A stretch of 64,000 bases of DNA from Takakia lepidozioides (GCA_030704615.1 CM060733.1:1736001-1800000), one strand, 5' to 3'. Positions 51,395 to 63,748 are shown, counted from the stretch's first letter. The notes: a model not told the origin generated them from the sequence alone. A program made the numbers and translations.

Positions 51395-52420
51395 TTGTCT
51401 CCATTGGACACCACACCTATTGTGTGGCAGTATCCGGATGAAGGCATTTGTCTTCTGGACTTGTTTGGCGGGATCAGCACCGGATTGGCTGCTGTGTTAC
51501 AGGCAGGTGTACGAGTTCGGCGTTACCTGTATGTGGAGAGGGATGAGACTGCACGACGCGTTTCACTTCCATGTTGCTCAGTTGGTGCAGCGGTACCCTG
51601 AGTTGTTGTGGTGTCTGCAGTTCGTGGATATCAGCAGGCCTTGCCAGCAGACATTTCGTTGCTGGGGGCGCAGGATTTGGAGCGGGTTGGCTCCATTGAT
51701 CTGGTAGTGGCAGGTTGGCCCTGCCAAGGGCATTCATCAGCCGGGCATGGCAATGGATTGCGAGACTCGAGGTCGGGTCTGTTTTGGGAGATGGTGCGGG
51801 TTTTGCGCCACTTGCAGCTTCATCAAGCTGTATCTCCAGCATACATCTTGGAGAATGTGCCACTGATGGGCGATTCTCGGGCCAGGGTGATGGCCAGTGT
51901 GCATCAAGTCCGGTCGTGGCTTGGGTCAGCAGTGTTGCTAGATGCAGCTACAGTGGGGTCACGGGCTCATCGTCCACGGCTATGGTGGACTAACTTGATG
52001 CACCCGCACTGCTCAAGCGTGCATTTGATGGGGTGCAGCGGCCAGCACATCTCACAGTGGATAACATTTTGGACACAGGGAGGCAGTCTCAGCGTGTGAG
52101 ACACGATGACCGTTCGCCTTTGGCAGTGGTCAACAAGGTGGGTCAACCACGAGCAGCATTACCTACACTGCTCAGCTTCCCAGGATCGCATGCTTTCCGG
52201 GATAGTGGACCTGGCCTCCTGTGGGATGCTCAGTTGCAGCAGTTAGTGGAGCCTAATGCTGACGAGCGTGAGCGGGCAATGGGTTTTACCACTGGTACCA
52301 CGGCGGTGTCGTCTCTTTCTGAGGCATCACGTCGTCAGGTGTTGGGGCAAGCAATGGATCTCAATTGCTTGACCTGGATTATCAGCTTGGCTATGGCTGA
52401 GCAACGCAGAGTGCGGAGTA
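51395..52420 (+). pseudogene. C5 cytosine DNA methyltransferase domain, DNMT3-like, inside the polyprotein (about 3 frameshifts as given)
   Basis: Motif I LLDLFGGISTG (DLFGGI at 51458-51475), II YLYVERD, III DI, IV DLVVAGWPCQGHS (PCQ at 51719-51727), V SRSGLFWEM, VI YILENV (ENV at 51851-51859), VII/VIII LLDAATVGSRAHRPRLWWTNL, IX ERERAMGF, X RQVLGQAMD; all in canonical order. Confidence 0.93.
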
Positions 52421-52847
52421 CACTTCCCTCAATGGTCTCTCTGCCTACCGAGACGGTACAGGCAGTGAGTGGGGGCGAGCATGTGAGGACCACGGGGTGC
52501 AGCATCCATGGCACACGTGGGAGGTGCTCGAGGTTCAGAGGGAGTTGGCAGCCAAGGCGGCTGTGATGGATGAGGTTGGGGATTTTTCTCGGGTTGAGGA
52601 GGTCCTCAAGGATGAGATGATGGGGCAGGATGAGGCCTTGTCATTGACTGAGCAGGCAGGGAGTACTGCTCAAGAGGTTGCAACATAGCAACCACTGGAC
52701 GCGTCCTCTACCTCTAAGCCCACTGGACTTAAGGTTGCAGTTACGGAGGACAATTGGGAGCCTGACATTGGACCCATTGTCACCGGAGGAGAGAGACGAC
52801 GTATACGGCGGTTCCTGAGGGCTTACAGGAATTGCTTTGCCTTCAGT

Positions 52848-54200
52848 TTGAAGGACTTGGGAGCACTGAAGGGTCAAGAGATCCGTATTGAGTTGGCCAC
52901 TGACACGCCAATCTTTCGGAGACCCTATAGATACAGTGACATGGAGAGGTCTTTGATTCAGATGAGGACTCAAGATCTCTGGGAGGCAGGTTTGGTGGAG
53001 CTCTCTGGTGGAGAGTATGCTTCAGCCACAGTGATGCCAGCCAAGAAGGATGTCTATGGCAATTGGACGGAGAGACGTATGTGCGGTGATTACCGGCCTG
53101 TAAATCGTCAGACCAAGTCCGATAAGTATGCCATGCCAACACCAGAGGAGATCTTTGATGCCATCGGGCATGCTAAGGTCTTTAGCACTTTGGATTTACG
53201 ATCCGGATATCACCAGTTGCCAATCAAGGAGGCGGACAAGCAGAAGACGGCATTCTGGGGGATCAATGAGCACGGCAAGGATTGCCTATATCAGTGGCGG
53301 TTCTTACCATTTGGGCTTAAGAATGCTCCTGCAGAGTTTCAGAGAGTCATGGATAGGATTCTAGCAGGGGTGGACTTTGCTCGGTGCTACATAGATGACA
53401 TCATCATCTTTAGTGTTACGATGGAGGAGCATGAGAGACACCTTCAGGTGGTATTGGAGCGCTTGAGAGCGCACGGATTGAAGTTGCATCCGGGGAAGTG
53501 CAAGTTTTTCCACAACCAGATTGAGTATCTGGGTCACATGATATATCCTGGAGGATTGGGGGTACAGCAGACTAAGGTAGAGGCCATTGCACAAATTCCA
53601 CGCCCCACGGATGTGAGCCGAGTTCGAGCTTTCATGGGGTTGGCAAACTATTATAGACGGTTTGTCAAGGGATTTAGTACCATTGCAAAGGCTCTAACCA
53701 AGCTGACCAAGGTGGACCAGGAGTGGCAGTGGGAAGATGAGCAGGAACGAGCTTTTCAAGAGCTCAAGGCGAGGTTGACCTCGACGCCTATCCTGAGACG
53801 ACCTATCAGGGGGCGTCCCTTTCAGCTGCATACAGATTGGAGCATGCTGGGGCTTGGAGCGGTGCTCACACAGGTGGATGATGAGGGATGAGAGTTCGTA
53901 GTGGCTTATGCTAGCCGCTCGAACAACGCTGCAGAGGCTAAGTACAGCTCATATGAGGGAGAGTGCTTAGCTGCAGTGTGGGCCATGGCACACTTCAGGT
54001 GCTATCTATACGGCAATCTTTTCACCCTTGTCACGGATCACCAGCCACTCAAGTGGTTGATGGAGTCAGACAAGCTTACGGGGAAGCTTGCACGGTGGGC
54101 ACTCATACTCCAGGAGTATGACTTTCAGGTTGTGCATCGACCAGGTTTGGTCAATCGGGATGTGGATGGATTGAGTTGTAATCCATGCATGAGCCAGCAG
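52848..54200 (+). pseudogene. Reverse transcriptase and RNase H (in-frame TGA at 53889-53891)
   Basis: [64 protein letters not shown]. Confidence 0.95.
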
Positions 54201-55823
54201 GATGACACAGGAGCTCGGTGGCATGGTGAGACGGACGAGGGAATGGTGCCGGGATGGCACGCATCTGCATTTTTGTGTATCTTGGCATCGGAAGGTCAGG
54301 TTAGACCTACAACAGGGATGACTATAGACGGAGTGTCTGAGGACCCTGAGGCTAGTGATGAGCCAGGTGGTACCAGAGATATACATGAGGATTCGGCTGT
54401 GTTGGACTACCTCCGCACGGGAGACACGGCAGCCACTGTGACTGCCAGGGAGAGGGATCAGATCCTGCAACGAGCCAAGAGGTTCAAGTGGGAGGGGATA
54501 CATCTACTTCGAGTGTGGGAGGATGGTCGGGTGATGATTGTGCCTCACCCCACACAGCGTGCACGGTTAGTGCGGCATGCCCATGAGGAGTTGGGGCATT
54601 TTGGAGTGCGACGCACTCATAGTTTACTGCAGGGGCAGTATTGGTGGCGTGGTATGCATACAGAGGTGCAACAGTTCGTGGCTAGGTGCATGGTGTGTGA
54701 TAGGGTGTGTGCTTCATTCAACGCCCCTACACCATAGTTGCATCCTTACCAATCATGGGATTGGGCTACAGGTGGAGTCTTGACTTCGTAGGACCGTTGC
54801 CACTGACTATGCGCCACCACAAATATGTGTTGGTGATGGTGGAGCACTTCTCCAAGTGGATTGAGTTGGTTCCATTGCCTGACAAGGCTAGTGAGGGGGC
54901 TGCGTATGCATTCTTGGATCGTGTGCTTAGCCGATTTGGTGCTCCAGCTGAGGTACTCACGGACCAAGGGAGAGAGTTCTTGAGGGAGTTTCAGGCTTTG
55001 TGTGATAAAGCCTTGATAGACCACCGCACCACTTCTCGGGATCATCCTGAGGCCGATGGCTTAGCAGAGAGAGTTGTTCAGACGGTGAAGAGGGGTTTGC
55101 GCAAGTATGGCTTGCAGAAGGGATACCTAGGAGATTGGGATCTTCAGGTTCCTTGGTTAGCCATGGGCTACAGGTTCAGCAAACAAGCATCACTTGCCTC
55201 ATTCTCACCATATTTCCTTCTTTTTGGCCGAGAGCCGGATTTGCCTGCAGCCATTCGTAGGGGACACTGCTCAAGTCCTTAACCTTGACGATCCGGACGT
55301 GTGGGTACGTGCATGTGATCAGCGTGCAGAGTTGTTCAAGAAAGTCATGCCCATGGCTTTTGAGAACCTTGCCATTGCACAGCACCGTGATACGTTGAGG
55401 TATGCCACTATACGTGGTGGAGGATATCGTCCTGGGGTTCGGAGGTTTAGCCCTGGTGACTATGTTTATTTGCAGCAGACTGCTCCTACGACTCTGGATG
55501 CTACTGCAGGGCGTGTTATTCTGAGGGTTCGAGAGGTGTTGCCCTCAGCGGTCCTGATCTTAGAGGGTCGGGATGACATGACTTGGAAGGACCATGTGCG
55601 TAATTGTGCGCCATGTCACCTTCCCAATGTCGATGGCAGAGTTGACCCAAACTTGGCAGTGGTACCTGCAGGTTTGAGGTGCATGCTCTGTGGGTCTGCC
55701 AAAGGGGCAGCCACCATGTTGGTGTGTGATCGATGCTCAAGGGGTTGGCATATGGGATGCTTGATACCACCTCTTGAGAAGGTTCCTGACGGAGATTGGT
55801 TGTGTCCACACTGCTTGGGATAA
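54200..55823 (+). pseudogene. Integrase (HHCC and DDE) with C-terminal PHD finger
   Basis: HAHEELGH..CMVC; WSLDFVGP, TDQGREF, AERVVQT; PHD CMLC..CDRC...WHMGC..PPL..P.GDWLCPHC (C4HC3) at 55680-55814; stop at 55821-55823. Confidence 0.93.
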
Positions 55824-56083
55824 TGGCAGTGGACATGACTGGAGGCAGCTAACAAGACATGGGAGGCCAAGCTCATAAGAGTCAATACATGAGATCCCAA
55901 GCTCAAGTTCACAGGTTGCAAGACGGCGACTAACGATGGGGCAACTCTTGCACCCGACCTCTTGATCTATCGAGTTTGAGTGTAGTAGGGATAGTGGTGG
56001 AGGACTTAGTGAGGCTATGGTCACTATCACATCTTGTGGCTACCTGGACTTAGAGGGACCTAAGCACCAGCTAGGGGGGCAAT

Positions 56084-56745
56084 TGTGTGGACTAGTGACT
56101 GCCATAGTGGGCAGCATAGTGGCAGCCTAGTGACTGACTAGTTGTAGCCTAGTGGTTGGACTAGTGGTGGACTAGTGGTATACTAATGTGTGGTGTGCAC
56201 ATGTGTTGTGTGGTTTTGGACAACGATGTAGTTGTGTATTGATATGTATGCGCTACCACTAGTGTGAAACTAGCTAGGAAATAGCTAACTTTTACATATT
56301 GACATTTGGGATTGGCCCAAGTGTCAATCCAGGGGTCAAGGCAGATTTAGGCCCTGGAGTGGTTATCTTCACGGCAAGCGCGGAAGGCTCATCTTTCTCG
56401 AGTTGAGCCTCACCGCGCCTAGCTATGGCGCCGTAGTGTGGATTCCCCATGGCGTGGGGTGCACTTGGCTTGACTTGTATTTGAGTGATGAGGTTATATA
56501 TGCATGAGTTTATGCTTCAGCTTTGTGAGCTCGCATGAGCTTGTGCTTGTATTCTTCTTCTTTATCTATTGTGTGGACTAGTGACTGCCATAGTGGGCAG
56601 CATAGTGACAGCCTAGTGACTGACTAGTTGTAGCCTAGTGGTTGGACTAGTGGTGGACTAGTGGTATACTAGTGTGTGGTGTGCACATGTGTTGTGTGGT
56701 TTTGGACAACGATGTAGTTGTGTAGCGATATGTATGCGCACGACA
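56084..56745 (+). repeat. Truncated or rearranged 3' LTR; its first ~170 bp (56084-56252) are repeated at 56570-56745
   Basis: tgtgtggactagtgactgcc...gatatgtatgcgc occurs twice; 56255-56560 matches ~46038-46340. Confidence 0.7.
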
Positions 56746-57414
56746 GATGCACTACACTCTGCTCTTGCCATTATGAGCACGATAACGAGGATTGTTGAAC
56801 GGAGAGCTAATGTTGTGCCTCCATTGCGTTGTGGGGATTTTGACCATGAAAGAGAGAGATTGAAACAGTACAATGGACGGGTTCTGGTACTTCTTCTAAA
56901 CACTGTTTTAGTCCATTTAAATCCCGAACGTGTTCAACCTGTGAATCCAGTGGTGGTTCAGCCAGTTCCAAGTGATTCTTTGTTTGGTTCAACAGCTTCC
57001 AATGAGGAAGCAAGTGAAGGGTTGTTGAAGTCTGAGTTGTCTTTGTTTCGTCGGTATCATTTTGAGGATGTTGAAAACCTGGACCCTCTGAAATGGTGGT
57101 ATGAAAATGAGACTCGATTACCTAATGTTGGTTATCTTGCTCGGCAGATTTTAGGCATTCCAGGTTCTCAAATAGAAACCGAGAGGATTTTCTCAATGGC
57201 TGGTATGCTCACTTCATTGCGACGTTGTCGTCTTGGTGTGGAAAACCTTGACAAGCTGGTCATGATCTATAAAAATTGGCCAAGTGATGCCAGGACAAAT
57301 TTTAAACTAGTTGAAGCAGGAAAATTGGCTAATTTATTTGAATCCGAGGATTCACTTGTTGACGAGAATGAGGATCTCATTTATGAAACATGCTTGTTTG
57401 AGGGTGATGAATAG
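56746..57414 (+). pseudogene. hAT transposase C-terminus (dimerisation domain), 5'-truncated
   Basis: ELSLFRR..DPLKWW..LPNVGYLARQILGIPGSQIETERIFS..RRCRL..NLDKLVMIYKNW. Confidence 0.88.
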
Positions 57415-58273
57415 GTACGCCCTCACCTTTCATTTCTGTATGTATGATCTTGTTGATCAACTTTAAGTTTGTTTGTCATTGGTTGTGGTTCTTGTTTAGT
57501 TGCTAAATCTGTTGTCATTCTACTATCTTGCAGGTTGGGTTTCTGGAGTATATGGAGTTCAGGAGCAGCTATGGATTGCTGCCTGTAGTTAGCTGTATTG
57601 GCAGTAGGAGCAGCTACAGATTATGTGCATCTACAGATTATGTGCTCAGTGACTATGACTATGGCTATGTGCTCAAAGACATGTAGTTGCATTATGCATG
57701 TGTTGAAGTATACATGTTTCGAATGTGTGCACTAAACTATTAATACATGCTGTTGATAACATGCAATATAACATTTTGCAATACTAGTCTTGATAACCGA
57801 GTCGAAAAATTAGAGGACATGCAATATTGATTCTCACTGGTAATAAAATCCATAAACTTTTTAATATTCGAGAACATGCCAGAGCGCGAAATTATGAATT
57901 CTTCCTAACCAGGACCCGCACGTTATCATCAAAAGTTGATAACAGTACAACACTGGTCCGGACCCTCCTCTCTTGCTTTACTCACTTTTCCGATTGTGGC
58001 ATGAGCAGGAAACATCCGTTAACAAAAGGAATCGCCATGGACTGCAGTTGAAGACCTAGGTCTCTTTCTGTCTCTCTCGATCTCTTCTTCACAACGTTCG
58101 TCTGTTCTGCGCTCACAGCAATTCCGCATGCTACCATGTTGTCGTCTCCATCAAGTATGTTGACGCCTGAAACTTCCGAGTAGTAGAGTGCTGAACCATC
58201 CATCAGGTCTATAGGAAGACTAACATTTCGAGTAAAAGAAGAACGAGCTGCAATATACTAAAGTTGAGGCACA

Positions 58274-61200
58274 ATGGAAGACTATCCGGAGGAGCTTCGG
58301 ACGCCGCCAGTACCGCTGGTGGCACTGGTGGGAATGCCAGAGTTCCATGCAGCAATCTCCCTTTTCCTGCACGCGGAGACCCCGCCGCTGAATGCCCTGG
58401 CACTGCCGGATTTCGCCAATGTGCCGGTGATTGGGGGCAAGGAGAGGAAGCCTGTTGATGCACGCATGCCGCCTCCTCTTGGCATTCTGAAAGCAGATTG
58501 GCTGTCCAAACATCGGACCCGGGTGCCCGCTGTACTGGCTGTGTTCTTCGATCGAGAGCAGGTGAATGGGGATCCTACACAGTGGCTCCAAGTCTGCACT
58601 CATCTTGATAATATCAAGTAAGTACTTGGATATGTAACTTTTTCTCTTCCTGGACCATAAGAGATGGCATTGGTATGCTAGTGACATCACACCATTTGCA
58701 ATTCTCCCTCCGGAAGGGTCGTTGACGCAAGGAGCTCCTTCCCACAATTGTTCCTTTTCCTGAGGCCATGCATTATGCTACCTTCGAAGCTGAAGTGATT
58801 CATGACTTCAAATAGATCCTGGTAGGTCGCCAGCTTATTCAACATGCCCAGGAGATTGAGATTTCCTTGAAAGCAGAGAACCCAGAGGGATCAACCAACT
58901 GCAAACGGCAAATTGGTTTGTCGCTGTCGCACAGCATCAGACGGATGAATTTATTGTGTTTGTTTGGGCCATGAATAGGATGGTGATACGAGGCAGGAAC
59001 ATAAAGCTGGTGGTGGCAATTGTGCAGCCCACCACTCAAGGTGAGTTCCCTGCACCCAGTCACATGTTGTGACAAGAGTATGCACATATGCAAGATTTAG
59101 AAGCAAGGGACACAGGATTTGAGCTGGAACACAAGAAAATGGAGGAAGACAACTGCTGGCCCCACACCTGCATGACATATTCTCATCCAATGGATTAAAA
59201 TGTTGACAAAATTGAAAGACAAAGTAAGTTTAACACTAGCTGGACTTCCTTTGAGATGTTCCTGGGAATAAAGGACCACATGGTCAATGGACCCCTGGAA
59301 GAATTGCTTGTTTTGATTGATTTTTTGATTGGGCTTGGTTCTTACGATAGTATGCAAAAATAACCTGCTGCTTGAGAATGTAGCCCATACTTGTGATTTG
59401 GCATGTATGCCTTACTCGAACAATTTGACACCTAGCCCCTCAACCTGTGTGTCCCTAATCACACATGTAGCTTGATAAATGTCCATCATGTTCTTCATGT
59501 GTTGGATGTACTTCCACTGGAATTGTGTCCTGTTATCCCACATTCAAATGATTACTCTGGAAAATCTCAACAGTTTTAGCTCTTTATAGTTGAATTACAT
59601 GTGAAGGTACACGTTGCAGAGGCTTCCTCAGTGCAATTTGTTTTCCTAGCCCCTACCCACCTCCCTTCTGCAGTCATTGTCTCCATGGTCTGGGGTTTCA
59701 TCCTAAGTTTCTGTGCAGCCTATACAGCCGTGAAGACCCTTTGGTAAACTGTCCAGCAAATTTGGGTTGCAGGGGAGGTGAATGAGGATCGGCTGACAGC
59801 CCTCAGAAAGCGTGCAGAGGTGGATTCAAAAAACTGTATTGTCTTTGTAACACACGAGCCCAGTGAGCTGAAGCGTTCTATGGGCAGGTTAGACCCTATT
59901 TTGATGGTTTGCATTTCATCTGCCTACTGCAAGATAGATAGCAAGAAGACACCTACCAAGAAGAAATTTGTGCAAAAATCAGTCTGAACTCAGGAGTTTG
60001 AGCTTTGAACTGCATGGGTAGTGCCTGCATACAGGTGGTGTTGGGTATGGTACAACACATCAGAGAAATCCATCTTTCGTTCAATGAACCAGAAGGTAGT
60101 TACAAGTTTTTGAATATCACCCACTGATGCTTTCTGGTAGAAATGCCCTATCTTTAATCCTCTTCCTTGCAGCTGGAGCTGGATGATCTTCATTTGAGTT
60201 GTGGCAAATGGTTTCAAACTCATTTTTGGAGTGGAGTAGTTGGTTGTTAGTTCTGTTGGGATCGTAGCAGCAAGGCCCGGACTATGATAGAAGTCTACGA
60301 CCAATTGTCTTTTGGAACCAAGCTGCAATATGTGTATGATGCAGCAGAAACAAACATTGTGTGTGCTAACAGACTGGGCAACATCATGGGAGAGCTTGCG
60401 ACCACTTTCTATAGAGAAGAAGGGCGTAGGGTAAAACTTCGCATTGAGAAGAAGACCTACAGCTCTTTAGAGCTTAGTGTCCGCTACAGTTTCAAGGTTT
60501 GCTTCTGCCCAATTTAATTCTCTTCTTTTCTGCTGGTTTGAGACTGTTCTGGTCTTTATGAGGGGGTTTATTCCTTACAGATGTCACTGTTTCTTGGGTT
60601 CAATTCGGACAGGTGGCAGTTTATGCAGAGTTTCGGAGGGATTGGGTGACAGCGCTGAAGTTCTATGAGACTGCTTACACACTGCTGCAGGAGGTGCTTC
60701 GCCTCTCTGTTATCTATATAAGGTTAAGCTTCCTTGGTCTGTTGTGTTCTTTAGGCCATCTGAGCAATCTTAAGGATGAAGACGTCATCCAAATAAACAT
60801 ATTGGACTATTGTACTATCTTCTACTTTGGATGGACAGACGTGCCCAAGTCATTATTTCATATAATGAGCCAAATCCTGAGCTTCAGCATCATGTGCTGA
60901 GTCCAAGTGGGAAATCGATGACGCAGTAGACACATAGATAACATGCTGGAATGCTGGATGCAGATCGGAACTAACTCACACTTCTGGGCGTGCACACTTA
61001 TGTAGTGATTTGTACTCCTAGATGGTAGTCACTTGTGTTTCTGCTGATTACTGATCTGTGCATGCATGTAATGGCAGGTGATCAACAATACGTCAATGGG
61101 ATTACAACCAGTCCAACGCGTTGTGGAGATGAAGGCTGTATCAGAACAGCTGCATTTCAAAGTTTCGACGCTACTCCTCCACAGTGGCAAAGAGAGCGAA

Positions 61201-63748
61201 GCAGTCAAGTGGTTCCGTCTGCATGTGTCATGGTATAAGAAAATGGTGGGACCAGCCGAAGGGGCGTTTTTACACTGGGCCTGGGTCAGCAAGCAGTTTA
61301 AGGTTTTTGCAGAGCTACTGCAACACAGTCTGGCTACAGCTGGGCAATCAAGTTCCCCAACCGCCACTTTGCCTGGCCAAGCTGTTGTCTCAGAGCGCGA
61401 GCTCCAACCTGGCTACTACTATCAGGCATCTCTCTCTCTCTCTCTCTCAAACTGGGGGTGCTTAAGGAGTGTATGTCAGCATGCTCCAAAACAGCCAATG
61501 TGGCTGTTCGGGGTGAGTTTGGCATTCCGTCCTTAAGCTCCCGACGAGATGAATTCAAGGTCAGATGGTGGGGTCAGCTGCAACATATGCCCAACACCAG
61601 ATATCCTAAGTTAATCGACTCTATATCTTGGAAACAGGACCGCCCTGTCAAACAGGCTAAGTCCTGGCAGAAGAGAGTAGAAGAGATTCTCAAGGACCTG
61701 GACCTGGATCCGCAAGTCTTGACCCTGCTGGATAAATCTGATTTAGAGGCTGTAGTGTCCTCAGCCATGTCTGTTGCCATGAGATTGTCTGATGAAAATG
61801 AAGTTAGGCAGAAAACTTCCCTGAACTTGTTTCCAGTCAGTGACATGGGGGAGGACATCTTGGATGACCTCAACGGTCTACCCACTCTCGGCACTAGACT
61901 GAAATTTAAACTCAGGGCAGGAAGCCTACCTTTGAACAGCAAACAGAAGCAGAGAGGAAAGGGAGAGTGCAATTGCCCGCTGTGTGGGCAATCTGAAGAC
62001 AGTATTCACTTTCTGATACACTGTCCGGGGTTCTCTCACCAAAGTGACGCTCTCTTCAATTCTATCAAGGGAATTGTGCCTGTACCCCTGTTTAACAACT
62101 TTGAAAGTCTCGAGGCTGAGCCAAAAGCCCAGGCCCTCCTGAGGCCTAGTTTTTGGGCAAATCACACACAGCAGATTGATGCTTGTGTGAAGGGATTTCT
62201 AGAGGATATCTGGAAAACCCGGATTAATTCTATATATGATGGTAAGTCACACTACCAACGTCAGCCCCTGACAGAGGTAGGTTCTGTCCCTTTTGTTCCC
62301 GCTCAAACTGGGCGCGGGGTCACAAGGCTACGGCAAACAACGTCTTATGAGTACATTCTCTCTCTCAAACTGGGCACGGGACTTTGGCCACAAGGCTATG
62401 GCAAACCTCTCATGAGTACATTCTCTCTCTCTTAAGTATAGTTCTTCCTTCATCCACTTGTCTAGCCCCACGTTTTGTCCCTTAGTTGGATGAACAGATG
62501 GCACTAAATGGGATGCTTTGACCAAAGGACACAGATCCCTGGAAATTAGGGATCTGGTTTTTGAAGCTTCAGTGATGGAAGAGCTTCCTCATGCCAACCT
62601 GAGACCTCTCTCAATTCTGAGGGTTTCTGGAATATGCTACCACATGCCAACTCAATCTGCATTTCTCAAGGAAGGAAGGCTCTACCAAATGGATGGGGGA
62701 AACTAGGATTGACAGCCATGGCCTCTTCCTCCAGCAACACTGGGGTAGAGGGCATGAGCTAACAGGTTTTCCTTACTACTTGCCCATTCATCTACATGCT
62801 AGAACTTTGCAAGGCTGTTATGTTTGATCATCATTTAGACTTTCCTCGATTGTCCTATCTTTCTTGGTGTACGTGGATAACAACTAGGTGAGGCCGATGA
62901 AGCCTGCTATTCCTCACTAACCACCAACTATTGTCTGTGGCTCTTAGTGGGTTGGGAGCAGGTGAGGCTTCACCTTTTGCCTTGATAGCTCTAATGCCTT
63001 TCTTCTCCAACCTTGTAAATGAGGTTTGGTTGCTAAGCATAGAGTTTGGAAACTGCGTGATAGGTATTTCAGCAGCTTTGTCTTTGACTTCTGTAGTATT
63101 GATGTGATAGTCTTGTTTATCTGATGCTGGACTATCAAGGTGGTTTTCAACTTCTGTGAACTAAATGGGACTTAGTTTCTACTTCCCACCCACTCCCCCA
63201 GACTAAAGGTAAGCTGAAAATAAGAAAGAGACTTTAAAGTATGATGGGCCTGTTTCAGGCTGATGATGTCATTTACAATTCTCGACTGATCTTTTATGAT
63301 TCAGTCATGAAGCAGTAACCTCTCTCCCTCTGTCCCTTTTGTTCTGCCCAAACTGGGTGCAGGGTCTGTGGCTCCAAGGCTACTGCAATATTGAGTACAT
63401 TCTCTCTCTCTCTGTGTGCCTTGCTGTGTCCATCCATCTGGTCAAATTATAGAGCATTAAAATTGAATGGGAGGTTCTTCAGGCTTTTTTGGTCTAAATG
63501 AATACTGAATGCCTTGCTGGTCCTCACAAAATATGCTCTGGTGGAAAATGGATGCAGGCAGCCGCAGCTCATATGATCCAAAGAAGGTGTGCATTTGAAG
63601 CAGCTCTGGCTGCATTCGAAGCATTTGAGGAGATCAATGCAATTGATGTGCTGACAGGGCCACGCGAGGAGGTTGGGCCACCTGTTTATGTTGGACAGGC
63701 TTGTCGTTTGCTGAAGCGTGGCAGCACTCTTGACAACCATGCACAAAG
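58274..63748 (+). CDS. TRAPPC11: Trafficking protein particle complex subunit 11, 5' part (continues beyond the window); exons 58274-58617, 58979-59040, 59773-59887, 60373-60496, 60613-60693, 61078-61425, 63558-63748
   Basis: MEDYPEELRTPPV, GILKADWLSKHRTRVPA, LRKRAEVDSK, VRYSFKVAVYAEFRRDW, EQLHFK, FLHWAWVSKQFKVFAELL, PGYYYQ; splice phases are consistent. Confidence 0.93.
61449..62432 (+). mobile_element. 5'-truncated non-LTR retrotransposon (post-RT C-terminus with Cys/His finger) inside a TRAPPC11 intron, bounded by (CT)n
   Basis: ORF 61458-62435: TANVAVRGEFG..RR..WWGQL..M...RYPK and CPLCGQSEDSIHFLIHC; 3' tandem ~60-bp units aaactggg...caaggcta.ggcaa...atgagtacattctctctctc; a related unit lies at ~63350-63413. 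Confidence 0.75.

Larger units (their letters stand above)
44420..56745 (+). mobile_element. Ty3/gypsy LTR retrotransposon encoding a C5 DNA methyltransferase and a PHD finger; LTR boundaries uncertain
   Basis: LTR-like block accactagtgtgaaactagct... at ~44435, ~46038 and ~56255; PPT aggggggc at ~56073-56080 followed by TG at 56084; internal gag-PR-DNMT-RT-RH-INT-PHD. Confidence 0.9.

Noticed and set aside
51395-52420. Host DNMT3/DRM gene or bacterial restriction-modification contamination
   Set aside because: It has no introns or regulatory N-terminal domains and no cognate endonuclease, and it sits colinearly between a retroviral protease and RT.
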